Source: Eledone cirrhosa (taxonomy: Eukaryota). Taken from it: a stretch of DNA of 64,000 bases. Below the pieces are notes generated by a model. It saw only the letters and a program-made list of their open reading frames with translations, was not told the origin of the DNA and searched no databases. Below are positions 12,711-25,639 of the stretch, piece after piece. How positions within the stretch are numbered: position 1 is the first letter of the stretch; each line of letters starts with the position of its first letter. Made by a program: the position numbers and the translations under genes. The DNA is taken from contig OZ024742.1 of the NCBI GenBank assembly GCA_964016885.1, positions 340,132,001 to 340,196,000 of the forward strand, written 5' to 3'.

Positions 12711-13935
12711 ATGTTAGAAAGGGGACGAATATATAAAGATATAAAGTGATTATGAGATAATGAAAGGAAATTGCAAGTGAATGCTAACGCTGTCTATATA
12801 TTATGTATGGTGACACCAACGGACAATAAACGGCCGTACACAAATGTTTATTAATTGGTTGTTTATGTAAATGGCTATTTCCTACTACAATAGTCGTACC
12901 GACCGACTGACAAACTCGATAATCAACCTAACCAGATAAACATCTAACCATCATACCATATACTCCGTATTGATAATGTATGTATGTATGTATGTATGTA
13001 TGTTTGTATGTATGTATGTATGTATGTATGTATGTATGTATGTATGTATGTATGTATGTATGTATGTTTGTATGTTTGTATGTATTTTGTATGTATGTAT
13101 GTTTGCATGTATGTATGCATTCCGCATATATGGTAGGTAAGTATATATATTTATATATATATGTGTGTGCATAAATATTTATAACACACACACATACCCC
13201 CCCCCCCCCATATATATATATATATAAATATAAATATAAATAAATATATATATATATACCACCATACCACAATCATCCCCACCGCCAACAACACCACCAC
13301 TATTATCACTGAGAACAGCAACACCAACATCATCAATACTACCACTCCTACCACCACCACCACCACCACCACCATTACCCCCCCCGCAACCACCACCACC
13401 ATCACTAACACCCCCACCACTCCACCATATTTACACAGTAATTCGTCAAAGCAAACATCATCTCGATAGCAAAACAAAATGGCAGATAATTTTTTTTCCG
13501 AACGACCGCGTCCGCCATTACTGGATGAATGCATAATAAATTTCTTTCCTGTTTTCAGTGATGATGAAGTTTAGCTTCGTTGTGAGAACACCGCCTTAAC
13601 ATTGAAAGTAAAACCACTCCGCCAGAGAAGCCACCACACCACTCTCCTCTCCTAACAAGTATCAGTCAAACGGCGTATATGCAAATGAGATCCGGGTCAT
13701 TGGAAGGAAGAAAGAAAGGAAACGAGAATCAATCAATGGTAGATATAGTGAATATAAATCATTGCAAAAAATTATCCGTTTTACTTGTTGATGTTTTGAT
13801 TTTGTTATTCGGTTCTTCAGATATCTTTGGAGAATTATGCACTGCACAATCTATGTAATTTTCATTCCTAATTCAGTAATATATATATATGTATACACAC
13901 ATTCCGTCTCTCTCTCCCTCCCTCTCTCTCTCTCC

Positions 13936-13990
<55 letters not shown>

Positions 13991-14000
13991 ATAGATATAA

Positions 14001-14053
<53 letters not shown>

Positions 14054-14064
14054 CATATAAATAG

Positions 14065-14099
<35 letters not shown>

Positions 14100-14379
14100 A
14101 TACATATGCGCGCGCGTGTGTGTGTGTGTATATATATATATTTATACCCTAGCCACGAAGTCACACTTCTTCACTGTTTTATGTCAGATATATCTCGGCT
14201 TAATGAAATCTGACCACAGTTAAACAACACTCGCTCACGGTCTCCCTCGATTTTAACATCATCATCACCACCAGCCCAGTAACTCTAACACCCAACCCTT
14301 TTTTAGGGTACCTTAAACAGAGGTCTCATCCATTTCAAATATAGAGACCATGTCTTTTCTCAGTCTGAGGATAACTCAA

Positions 14380-15125
14380 TATTATCTAAAGTGCTGCTTA
14401 CAAGACGTTGTCTCCCCTGCCACCTGCTCCACTACATTCTTAATATCAACGTGATACTGTGACCCTGCATGAAATGTTTGTGACTGATGGTCAGAATACA
14501 GATTAAACAAAAGCTGACCGTAGCTGTTAAGACCAAGAGAAGGGCTATGATTGAGAAAATGCTGGAAAAGATGAAAAAGAACCCAAATTTTCTGAATTTG
14601 CTGTGGACCTCTGATGGAGCCCAATTTCACTTAGTGGTGAAGATCAACTCTAAAATATATCCAGTGAAGTGGCTGTGAAATCTCTCCACTCGGGTAAATC
14701 TACCGCCCAAGAGAGGGTTAATTGAGCTATTCTTCTTCGAAGAAAATGGTGTCACTGCTACAGTCACGGAGACGTTGTAAATTTCAAAATGGATCTACAG
14801 ACCATGTATCAATCTGTATTGAATAAGTTCTAGTTCCAGCAAGATGGAGCAAACACTCATACTTTCAATGAGTCGGGCGAATAACTAAAATATATCTTTG
14901 GAAATCATGTGATCTGTTTGAAGACTGAATTTGAGTGGATCCCACACAGCCCTGATCTAAGCGCCCTAGATTTCTTTCTATGGAGTTATCTGAATTATAG
15001 GGTATATGTCAACAAAGCTAGGACCATCACTGAACTAAAGAATAACATCAGGGAGATCAAGTCCATCGGTAGGTCTGTTTGTAAAGACGTTATGTTAAAT
15101 TTCACAATGTGCCTAAAAAAGATAA
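14380..15125 (+). pseudogene. Tc1/mariner transposase remnant, DD41D (rosa-type) spacing
   Basis: LWTSDGAQFHL, FQQDGANTHT, WIPHSPDLSALDFFLWSYL; 41 codons (one a stop) between the 2nd and 3rd catalytic Asp; no TIRs found. Confidence 0.75.
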
Positions 15126-15134
15126 GATTGGCCT

Positions 15135-15330
15135 TTGATGTACCTCAATTTTCATGATACTTTGTTTCATGTGGGAGGATCACAATGGACAACAGTATTC
15201 AAGGTGGGGTCGGGCAAAAGTAGAGAAGAGAAGGATAATGGTGTAGAAATCTCTCGACTAGAGTTCTGAGAATCCAAGAACATTCTGCGGGCCAAGTCAA
15301 ATTTGCTGTTTATATGAGTGGCCCAGCTTA
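15135..15330 (-). mobile_element. CR1-clade RT C-terminal fragment
   Basis: Minus strand translates ILLFSTFARPHLEYCCPL*SSH, matching the CR1 RPHLEYC-W motif. Confidence 0.6.
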
Positions 15331-15333
15331 TGT

Positions 15334-15445
<112 letters not shown>

Positions 15446-15832
15446 AGTGTGTCTGTCTTTGCAAAGACAAATAAAACAATTCGCTATGTCTTTCTATCTG
15501 TTTATGTATTTGTTTGTTAGCGTATCTACCTATTTAGTTGTCTTTGAATCTACTTATCTACCTACCTATATACTTACCTGTACATCTATTTGCTTGTCCG
15601 CCTGTTTATCGGTCTGTTTGACTTTCAACCCATAGCTATCTATGTATGTATATATTGATACCAGAGTATCTATCTTCGGACAAGAACAAAACTATCAGCA
15701 ATGATGTTAGCATGAATCTTACCAGCAGCACGAAGATATGTAGATATAAGGGTAAAACAAAGTCATCGTAATTTAGTGGAAATATTTATTTATTTATTCA
15801 ATCAATTTAAACGTCCGTATAGAACTAGTAAA

Positions 15833-15906
15833 GAAGAAGAAGAAGAAGAAGAAGAAGAAGAAGAAGAAGAAGAAGAAGAAGAAGAAGAAGAAGAAGAAGA
15901 AGAAGA
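15833..15906. repeat. (GAA)n microsatellite
   Basis: Read directly. Confidence 0.95.
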
Positions 15907-16179
15907 TTGAAAAGTATTGGGATGATCATGGCTGGGATATATCTGATCAATATGTTAGATCAGGACTAAACTGCCATTAAACAATAAGTAGAACATAAAC
16001 CCCAGCATGTTCACGATTCCGTTTTCTGGAAATTAACGCAGTTGCAGCTCAATCTGTTAGAAATAACAGTTAAATTGTTCTCAAATTACAATACATTGCC
16101 TTCAGAAGGAGAAGGATATGTTAGATAATTCTGTTGAATATAAATATTTATATACAGGCGATTTATTAACGTAACTAAG

Positions 16180-16628
16180 ATAATTGTTTCTACTTTAGGC
16201 ACAAGGCCAACAATTTCTTTAAAGGGAGGGGAAAGTCGATTAAATCGACGCCAGTGCATTACTGGTACTTTATTTTATCGACCCCCGTGAGGATGAAAGG
16301 CAAAGTTAACCTCGGCGGGATTTGAACTCAGAACGTAAACCGACTTAACTATGTGCCTTGAAGCATATTGTTCGATGCTCTACCGATTACTGCCAATCCA
16401 TGAATAAATAATAACAACGACTGTGTTAATAATTGTTTCTACTTTTGGCACAAGGCTAGCAATTATCTCAGTAAATTACTGGTACTTTATTTTATCGACC
16501 CCGTAAGGATGAAAGACAAAGTTAACCTCGGCGGGATTTGAATTTGAACTAAGGCCATAAAGGGCCGTAACTCTTTGCTGCAAAGCAAGGCGTCTGACCC
16601 TCTACCGATACTGCCAATCCACCACCCT
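16180..16628 (-). mobile_element. Two tandem octopus-type SINE copies (about 16180-16400 and 16430-16628)
   Basis: Both are reverse complements of the 3630-3812 SINE (TTTCTACTTT.GGCACAAGGC...TTTATCGACCCC...CCTCGGCGGGATTTGAA). Confidence 0.75.
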
Positions 16629-17346
16629 AATAATAACAATTAAAAACCATTTCTACTAAAATGTAATAGGTCACATAACCTATTAAAACTAGCATTAAAA
16701 TGTCTCTAAAATTATACTGGATTACATAACTATGTTTTAGTATAAGCTGGGATGGTCACTATTAGAACGCCCTTGAACAGTATGCAATGTAACTAAGATA
16801 ATATTATCTATATGAGGTTCCAAAAGAATATTTAATGTGATGTCTTATCGTGTGTGTGTTGATGTTATCTGTCTTTCACTGTCTCCCTCGTTCTCCCCAT
16901 CTTTCACTATTATATATTGTAGGATGGCTACAGATAGAGCATCTATGATCATAGAACCTCCTCAATCAGTGAAGGAGCCTGGTTCAGGGGTTAACTTATT
17001 GAATTCATAATCATAGAGATGTGCGCTCGAATACTGGAGTGGGTGGCGCTTTCTTTCTTAAGAAAGACTCTTTATTTACCGTGGATCTTTGTCGGAGGCC
17101 AGCTGTAAGTGTTCTGCTCAATCAAATCTGGTGTGGCCTTAAACACAGCAAGAACAATCAGCAAGGATATCATAATAATCCATCACCATCACCATCATCA
17201 CCATCACCATCACCATCACCACCATAACCACCACCACCCCCATCGTCATCATTAACACCAACAACAACCACAGCAGCAACAACAATCAAAACGTGCATGT
17301 TTCACATATAACACCAGTACATCACAACACAGTCCCGAGACACTAG

Positions 17347-20300
17347 ACCACTCCGCCCTGGACACCACCACACCACTCCGCCCCGGACACCACCACACCA
17401 CTCCGCCCCGGACACCACCACACCACTCCGCCCTGGACACCACCACACCAGTCCGCCCCTGACACCACCACACCACTCCGCCCCGGACACCACCACACCA
17501 CTCTGCCCCGGACACCACCACACCACTCCGCCCCGGACACCACCACACCACTCCGCCCCGGACACCACCACACCACTCCGCCCCGGACACCACCACACCA
17601 CTCTGCCCTGGAAACCACCACACCACTCCGCCCCGGACACCACCACACCACTCCGCCCTGGACACCACCACACCACTCCGCCCCTGACACCACCACACCA
17701 CTCCGCCCCGGACACCACCACACCACTCCGCCCCGGACACCACCACACCACTCCGCCCCGGACACCACCACACCACTCCGCCCCGGACACCACCACACCA
17801 CTCCGCCCCGGACACCACCACACCACTCCGCCCTGGACACCACCACACCACTCCGCCCCGGACACCACCACACCACTCCGCCCTGGACACCACCACACCA
17901 CTCCGCCCCGGACACCACCACACCACTCCGCCCCGGACACCACCACACCACTCTGCCCTGGAAACCACCACACCACTCCGCCCCGGACACCACCACACCA
18001 CTCCGCCCTGGACACCACCACACCACTCCGCCCCTGACACCACCACACCACTCCGCCCCGGACACCACCACACCACTCCGCCCCGGACACCACCACACCA
18101 CTCCGCCCCGGACACCACCACACCACTCCGCCCCGGACACCACCACACCACTCCGCCCTGGACACCACCACACCACTCCGCCCCGGACACCACCACACCA
18201 CTCCGCCCTGGACACCACCACACCACTCCGCCCCGGACACCACCACACCACTCTGCCCTGCACACCACCACACCACTCCGCCCCGGACACCACCACACCA
18301 CTCCGCCCCGGACACCACCACACCACTCCGCCCTGGACACCACCACACCACTCCGCCCCGGACACCACCACACCACTCTGCCCTGGAAACCACCACACCA
18401 CTCCGCCCCGGACACCACCACACCACTCCGCCCTGGACACCACCACACCACTCCGCCCCGGACACCACCACACCACTCCGCCCTGGACACCACCACACCA
18501 CTCTGCCCCGGACACCACCACACCACTCCGCCCTGGACACCACCACACCACTCCGCCCTGGACACCACCACACCACTCCGCCCCGGACACCACCACACCA
18601 CTCCGCCCTGGACACCACCACACCACTCCGCCCCTGACACCACCACACCACTCCGCCCCGGACACTACCACACCACTCCGCCCCAGACACCACCACACCA
18701 CTCCGCCCTGGACACCACCACACCACTCCGCCCTGGACACCACCACACCACTCCGCCCCGGACACCACCACACCACACCACTCCGCCCTGGACACCACCA
18801 CACCACTCCGCCCCGGACACCACCACACCACTCCGCCCCGGACACCACCACACCACTCCGCCCTGGACACCATCACACCACTCCGCCCTGGACACCACCA
18901 CACCACTCCGCCCCGGACACCACCACACCACACCACTCCGCCCTGGACACCACCACACCACTCCGCCCCGGACACCACCACACCACTCCGCCCCGGACAC
19001 CACCACACCACTCCGCCCTGGACACCACCACACCACTCCGCCCTGGACACCACCACACCACACCACTCCGCCCCGGACACCACCACACCACTCCGCTCTG
19101 GACACCACCACACCACACCACTCTGCCCTGGACACCACCACACCACTCCGCCCTGGACACCACCACACCACACCACTCCGCCCCGGACACCACCACACCA
19201 CACCACTCCGCCCCGGACACCACCACACCACTCCGCTCTGGACACCACCACACCACACCACTCTGCCCTGGACACCACCACACCACTCCGCCCTGGACAC
19301 CACCACACCACACCACTCCGCCCCGGACACCACCACACCACTCCGCTCTGGACACCACCACACCACACCACTCTGCCCTGGACACCACCACACCACACCA
19401 CACCACTCCGCCTTGGACACCACCACACCACTCCGCCCTGGACACCACCACACCACACCATTCCGCCCCGGACACCACCACACCACTCCGCTCTGGACAC
19501 CACCACACCACACCACTCTGCCCTGGACACCACCACACCACTCTGCCCTGGACACCACCACACCACTCCGCCCTGGACACCACCACACCACACCATTCCG
19601 CCCCGGACACCACCACACCACTCCGCTCTGGACACCACCACACCACACCACTCTGCCCTGGACACCACCACACCACTCTGCCCTGGACACCACCACACCA
19701 CTCCGCCCTGGACACCACCACACCACACCATTCCTCCCCGGACACCACCACACCACTCCGCTCTGGACACCACCACACCACACCACTCCGCCCTGGACAC
19801 CACCACACCACACCACTCCGCCCCGGACACCACCACACCACACCACTCTGCCCTGGACACCACCACACCACTCCGCCCTGGACACCACCACACCACTCCG
19901 ACCCGGACACCACCACACCACTCTGCCCTGTACACCACCACACCGCCCTGGACACCACCACACCACTCCGCCCTGGACACCACCACACCACTCCGCCCCG
20001 GACACCACCACACCATTCTGCCCTGGACACCACCACACCACACCACTCCGCCCTGGACACCACCACACCACTCCGTCCTGGACACCACCACACCACTCTG
20101 CTCTGGACACCACCACACCACTCCGTCCTGGACACCACCACACCACACCACTCCGCCCTGGACACCACCACACCACACTACTCTGCCCTGGATACCACCA
20201 CACCACACCACTCTGCCCTGGACACCACCACACCACTCCGTCCTGGACACCACCACACCACACCACTCCGCCCTGGACACCACCACACCACACCACTCTG

Positions 20301-20560
20301 CTCTGGACACCACCACACCACACCACTCTGCCCTTGACACCACCACACCACACCACTCTGCCCTGGACACCACCACACCACTCCGCCCTGGACACCACCA
20401 CAACACTCCGCCCTGGACACCACCACACCACACCACTCCGCCCTGGACACCACCACACCACTCCGCTCTGGACACCACCACACCACTCCGCCCTGGACAC
20501 CACCACACCACACTACTCTGCCCTGGACACCACCACACCACACGACTCCGCCCTGAACAC
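17347..20560. repeat. 3.2-kb GC-rich minisatellite, 25-bp unit with 30-bp variants
   Basis: Unit GACACCACCACACCACTCCGCCC(C/T)G; extra CACCA units appear from 18761 on. Confidence 0.97.
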
Positions 20561-21279
20561 AGTAGACCAACCAATCACATACCACCTGGCCCTTACACAC
20601 CTCTTTCGATGGTGTGTATATATGTGTATATATGTGTATATATGTGTATATATGTGTATATATGTGTATATATATGTATATATATGTGGCTATGGTGTGT
20701 ATATATGTGTATATATGTGTATATATGTGTATATATATGTATGTATATGTGGCTATGGTGTGTATATATGTGTACTTATGTATGTATATGTGGCTATGGC
20801 GTGTGTATATGTGCATATCGTGTGTGTGTATGTGTATATATGTGTATATATGTATGTGTGTGTATGTGGCTATGGTGTGTGTATATGTGCCTATGGTGTG
20901 TGTATATGTGTATATATGTGTATATATGTATGGATATGTTTGCCTATGGTTTGAGTATATGTGTGTATGTGTATATACGTATGTATATGTGGCTATGGAG
21001 TGTGTATATGTATGTGTACGAGTGTTTGACAGTGTGTAGTGTTAAGGTTGTGAGTGGGTATGACGTCATTGAATTACTCGGCATATCTCTGTTTACATGG
21101 CGTTGTTCTGGCGTGACCGCTGTCACCATAACAACAATGTCAGTTGGACTAGAGAAGCCAACGTGGTAAAGGTAGGGGACGGCAGAGAAAAGAAAAGAGT
21201 AGATATGTGTGTGTATGTGTGTGTGTATATATATACAATGATATTAATTAAATGGAAACTATATTTATAAAACCATATT

Positions 21280-21342
21280 TATTTTATTATATATATTTCA
21301 AGGGTACCAAAACACTTTGATACCCTTTCTTCAGATAAAATA
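21280..21342 (-). ncRNA. Minimal type-I hammerhead ribozyme, intact core
   Basis: Minus strand: TATTTTAT-CTGAAGA-AAGGGTATCAAAGTGTTTTGGTACCCTT-GAAA-TATATA-TA-ATAAAATA. Stems I and II pair fully, stem III is palindromic, triplet is AUA. Confidence 0.8.
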
Positions 21343-21398
21343 CAAAGTTTGTTTTATAAATAGAGACATACCCAGGAAAATCATACCTTATCAGTTGA

Positions 21399-22416
21399 AT
21401 ATTCTCTGGATAGTGGAAATGTATTAGGGATTTTTCAAACTTATGGGTGAATATGCAAATGAATATGTAAATAATTGAAAAACAACCGTTTATTTAAACG
21501 ACTATGGAGAGAGAGAGAGAAGAGAGAAGAATGACTATGGAGAGAGAGAGAAGAAGGGAAAATGCGAAGATGAGTAAAAAAAACTCATATAACGTTAATT
21601 TGAGGGAAATATATTCGAATAATTATCTATGTATATATGTAAGTATATATCTTAATAGTATGTGTATTTATATTAAAGGGATATTTTACGATTATTAGTT
21701 GTTTAAAATTTGTTTATAATATAATATTTTTCTTCTGTTATAATTTTTTATTTCTTTAAAAATTACTTATAAAATTTTTTTTAAAAGATTTTTTTTAAAT
21801 TTTCTCAAGAATTAAAAAAAAAATTTTTTTTGAAATTTTTTGAAATTTTTTCAATATTTTTTCAATATATTTTCAATATTTTTCAATATTCTTTTAAATA
21901 TTTAAAAAAATATTTTCTCAAGATTAATGTATCTTAAACATCCATACTTATTTTGACTAAATAGTCTCACACTAACGAATAAATAAATAAAAGCGGAGTT
22001 TTTTCCTTATCTTCCCTTTTCAATCATATAAATATAAATATTCTTACTTAACTCAGTTAATTTAATTTAATTTAATTTTATTTTATTTTATTTAATTTTA
22101 AATCATTCTCAATTTTAAATACATATTTATTTACATAAAATACAAAACCAATATCTCTCATAACTCATTAGAACAACTATCTATAGCATCATATACCCAT
22201 CTATTTATTTATTTATTTATTTATTTATCTAATTATAACAGAAGAAAAATATATTATAAACAAATTTTAAACAACTAATAATCGTAAAATATCACTCTAA
22301 TATAAATACACATACTATTAAGATATATACTTACATATATACATAGATAATTGTTCGAATATATTTCCCTCAAATTAACGTTATATGAGTATTTTTACTC
22401 ATCTTCGCTTTTTTCC

Positions 22417-22476
<60 letters not shown>

Positions 22477-22619
22477 ATGTTGTCCTTCTTCTCTTCTCTC
22501 TTCTCTCTCTCCATAGTCGTTTAAATAAACGGTTATTTTTTAATTATTTACATATTCATTTGCATATTCACCCATAAGTTTGAAAAATCCCTAATACATT
22601 TCCACTATCCAGAAAATAT
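21399..22619. repeat. Inverted repeat (about 21399-21745 / 22231-22619) next to the hammerhead; Penelope pLTR-like remnant
   Basis: TCTGGATAGTGGAAATGTATTAGGG...CTTCTGTTATAATT versus its reverse complement; AT-rich spacer of about 485 bp. Confidence 0.85.
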
Positions 22620-22709
22620 CATTGAATATTTACTCCAGGAATCTGTTGAGTTATAAACATTTATATTTATATTTGTCGGATTTCCAACAAATTAAATACC
22701 CCTTCTACT

Positions 22710-22740
<31 letters not shown>

Positions 22741-22747
22741 GTATACA

Positions 22748-23024
22748 GTTCGGATCTAGCTGTCGAAACGGCCGGAGCTCAGCCGCCGGGGTCTTGACTC
22801 TTTTCCTATATGTGTATATATATATATATAGAAACATGTTCAAGACCCCGACGGCAGAGCTCAAGCCGTTTCGACGGCTATTTCTAGACGAGAAATAGCC
22901 GTCGAAACGGCTTGAGCTCTGCCGTCGGGGCCTTGAACATTATCCTATTACCCACTCTACTACACTAAGTATTGAATACTCTGTTGCGTTATGGTCCACC
23001 CGGTTCCTTACCACACTTCCTTCG

Positions 23025-23027
<3 letters not shown>
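22748..23027 (+). mobile_element. Penelope-like 3'-end copies, including a 50-bp-arm fold-back (22836-22940)
   Basis: ATGTTCAAGACCCCGACGGC...CTATTTCT-AGACG-AGAAATAG...GGGGCCTTGAACAT, then the common tail into (TA)n. Confidence 0.8.
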
Positions 23028-23081
<54 letters not shown>

Positions 23082-23479
23082 TTGTGTGTTGGTTGTTTAC
23101 CGACACCTCAGTATGCAGGCTGGATCACTCGACGAAGTACGCAGGTTAGTTGTTTTACTCCGGAGTAAAGTAAAATAAGTAAGTCAAACAGGTTAAATTT
23201 GGCTTCGTTTATTATAAATTCTCTGCTATATATATTTCAGTAAGTAGACAGACAAAACAATAAATGTATGTTAGATTAACCCTTGATTGTGGTGGAAACA
23301 TTTCAGGCTCTAAACTTCATCAGAAGATAGACACAGAGGGAAGAGGGAAGGCTTAGAAGAAGGAAGATATACGAGAGTACAATAGAAAAAGAAAAATGGG
23401 CAAAAATGAGAAGAGAAAATGAAATAGGTCTAGTGGTGCAGATGTCATTTCTCACAGCCATCTTGAAAAATCGCTTCAG

Positions 23480-23537
<58 letters not shown>

Positions 23538-23760
23538 CCTTACGATGGACACATGTGCTGAGCTCGCTCGGTAAGTTTTTGTTTAAATTCATACGGAAAT
23601 TGTAAACTGTAAACTTTCATTTTTGTACCATTTTGTAGAGGGACTGCCAGGTCAAATTTTGATCTGGTCGGTCTCTCAAAATATTCTGCGCCTTTGGGCG
23701 AAATAGTATTGTGAACATTTTATCTTTCGAAAAACTTCGAAAAACCCTATTTTGAGAAAA

Positions 23761-23940
23761 ATGGCTGAAGCATCTTCACCATCAATCAAAGAAGGAAAGG
23801 GGAAGTCATACTCACAGCTTCCCCCTGCCACTGTCACAGCAGCAGATGCCAAAGGCAGAGGTCAGAGAGAGGAAGAATTGTCTTCACCTGTTGACCGACC
23901 ACTAGATGTAGCCACAACTACACAAGAATTTGAAAACAAC

Positions 23941-23971
<31 letters not shown>

Positions 23972-25615
23972 GCAACAATAAAGACAACAAAAACAACAAC
24001 AACACAAACGTCACAAGTATCCACACACGAAACGAGAAAGACAACAACAACAACAAAGATGAAAACAACTCAAACGACGAGAAACAAAACAATACTAATA
24101 TCCAAAACGAAAACAAAATATCTTTTGCACAAACGGCTAAATTATCAGTCGCGTATGTGCTGGAAGATATTTCAAAAGCAAAAGAAATGCTGGAAAAAGC
24201 CAAGAAATATGTGTCTTTTGGCGAAAACGGTTCGTTTTCTATACATTCACCTCCGGAGCTAAAAAGACAGACGGAATTACGAACTGTCGTATTCCGAACA
24301 ATTTTAAATAAAACAAAGAAACCAGCGCAACCATCTCAAGCGGAAACTCAGTTAGTCTTGAAAGACGCGATGAGAGACATCACTTTCATACAAAAGGATA
24401 AACTCTATGGAAGTTTATCCATATTGATGAAAGACGAATTGGCGGCAAAAAAATACTCTGTGTCGCCAATTCGGTCCACACACTACACCTTCTTCCCCAC
24501 CTACATGGGTAAAAAAACCCAGAGGATATGGATAACCACCATCACCCCAAACATAAACTACTGGTGGTTACTAACCGGTTTCCTCAATTTAGACGAGGAC
24601 AACCTCATCTCAATAGGGAAGGCATCCGGCGACGCGTTCAGTGGAACGAGCCTCGAAGTTCTGACCCAAATAAGGCCAGAACGCATCGCCCAAATCCCTG
24701 AGCGCGTCATGCTGGATGACCGTACCCACCTCAACATTATTGTGGAGGGTAGGCGTCCCTCCTGTTACCTCTGTGGCAATAGAGGTCACCTGAGGGCTGC
24801 CTGTCCCCAGCTCACACAGAAAAAAACACTGCTACCAACACCAACACCACCCCAACTACAACAACAAAAACAACCACAACAACAACAAAAACCAACAATC
24901 CCACCACCACCACCACAACAACAACAACAACAAACACGTGAAAAAATAACACAGAATACTGTCCCACCCAATCCCTCCCCACCCAAAACAAATACAAAAA
25001 CACGCACACCGCAAACACTACCAGAAAACATACCCCTCCCACCCAACAAGGAAGACGAACCTCTTTCGTCGCAAGACGAAAAAGATCCCTTCCAACAAGT
25101 AAAAAGAAAGAAGAGGAGACGCACCACAGACACACATGTTAACTTTAATCCCCCCCAAGAGAACACAAACTACACACAAACCACCCCTCCCTGTCACACA
25201 ACACTAACTGCTACACAAAAAAAGACATTACAATACACATACATGAACACAGACAACAAAGAATTACGGAAAACAATTTCAGCAAACCCTTCGATCCAAA
25301 CTGAAGGGCCAAACTTTATAACTGCTGTGGGACTACCTCATTTGAAAATGATAAAAGTCCCAATGCACTTGTACAAAACACTGAAAATAAATTTCACGGA
25401 GGACGTGGGCCCCCCCCTGCGCCAAACCAATCAACCGCGTCCTCCTAAAAAATTTCACCCCTCCACCCCACCCAGACACCCACTCAACGACAAACACCCC
25501 AACCCCACAACACACCGATGCCCCTTCACTTCCACAAACCACAACCCCACCCAACAACCCATCCCCAACCAGCATGGAAATTGAGCGGCCCGTTTCCCGG
25601 GACGCAGAGAGGTAA
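23761..25615 (+). CDS. Tx1 ORF1 (Asn-rich N-terminus, CCHC zinc knuckle, Pro/Thr-rich C-terminus); +1 frameshift near 25417
   Basis: ATG at 23761 (MAEASS, like MAEATA at 44212); CYLCGNRGHLRAAC; open to 25584, but the paralogue-like C-terminus continues in another frame to TAA 25613-25615. Confidence 0.85.
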
Positions 25616-25639
25616 GTGCCTTTTCTCTTTACCACCAAC

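Noticed and set aside
13440-13620. Unique stretch with YY1-like motifs (AAAATGGC, CCGCCATT), a polypyrimidine-AG at 13558 and a TGATGA box
   Set aside because: Could be a small exon, promoter or snoRNA, but there is no good donor, D box or homology evidence in the sequence alone.
17252-20954. Long ORFs up to 1090 aa (WCGGV / HHTTP repeats)
   Set aside because: Stop-free reading of a 25-bp minisatellite, open in several frames at once; the unit is not a multiple of 3.
25616-25639. GTG start of ORF2 given by the ORF track
   Set aside because: Paralogues place the initiator at the codon equivalent to 25640, and the upstream codons are the pyrimidine spacer.
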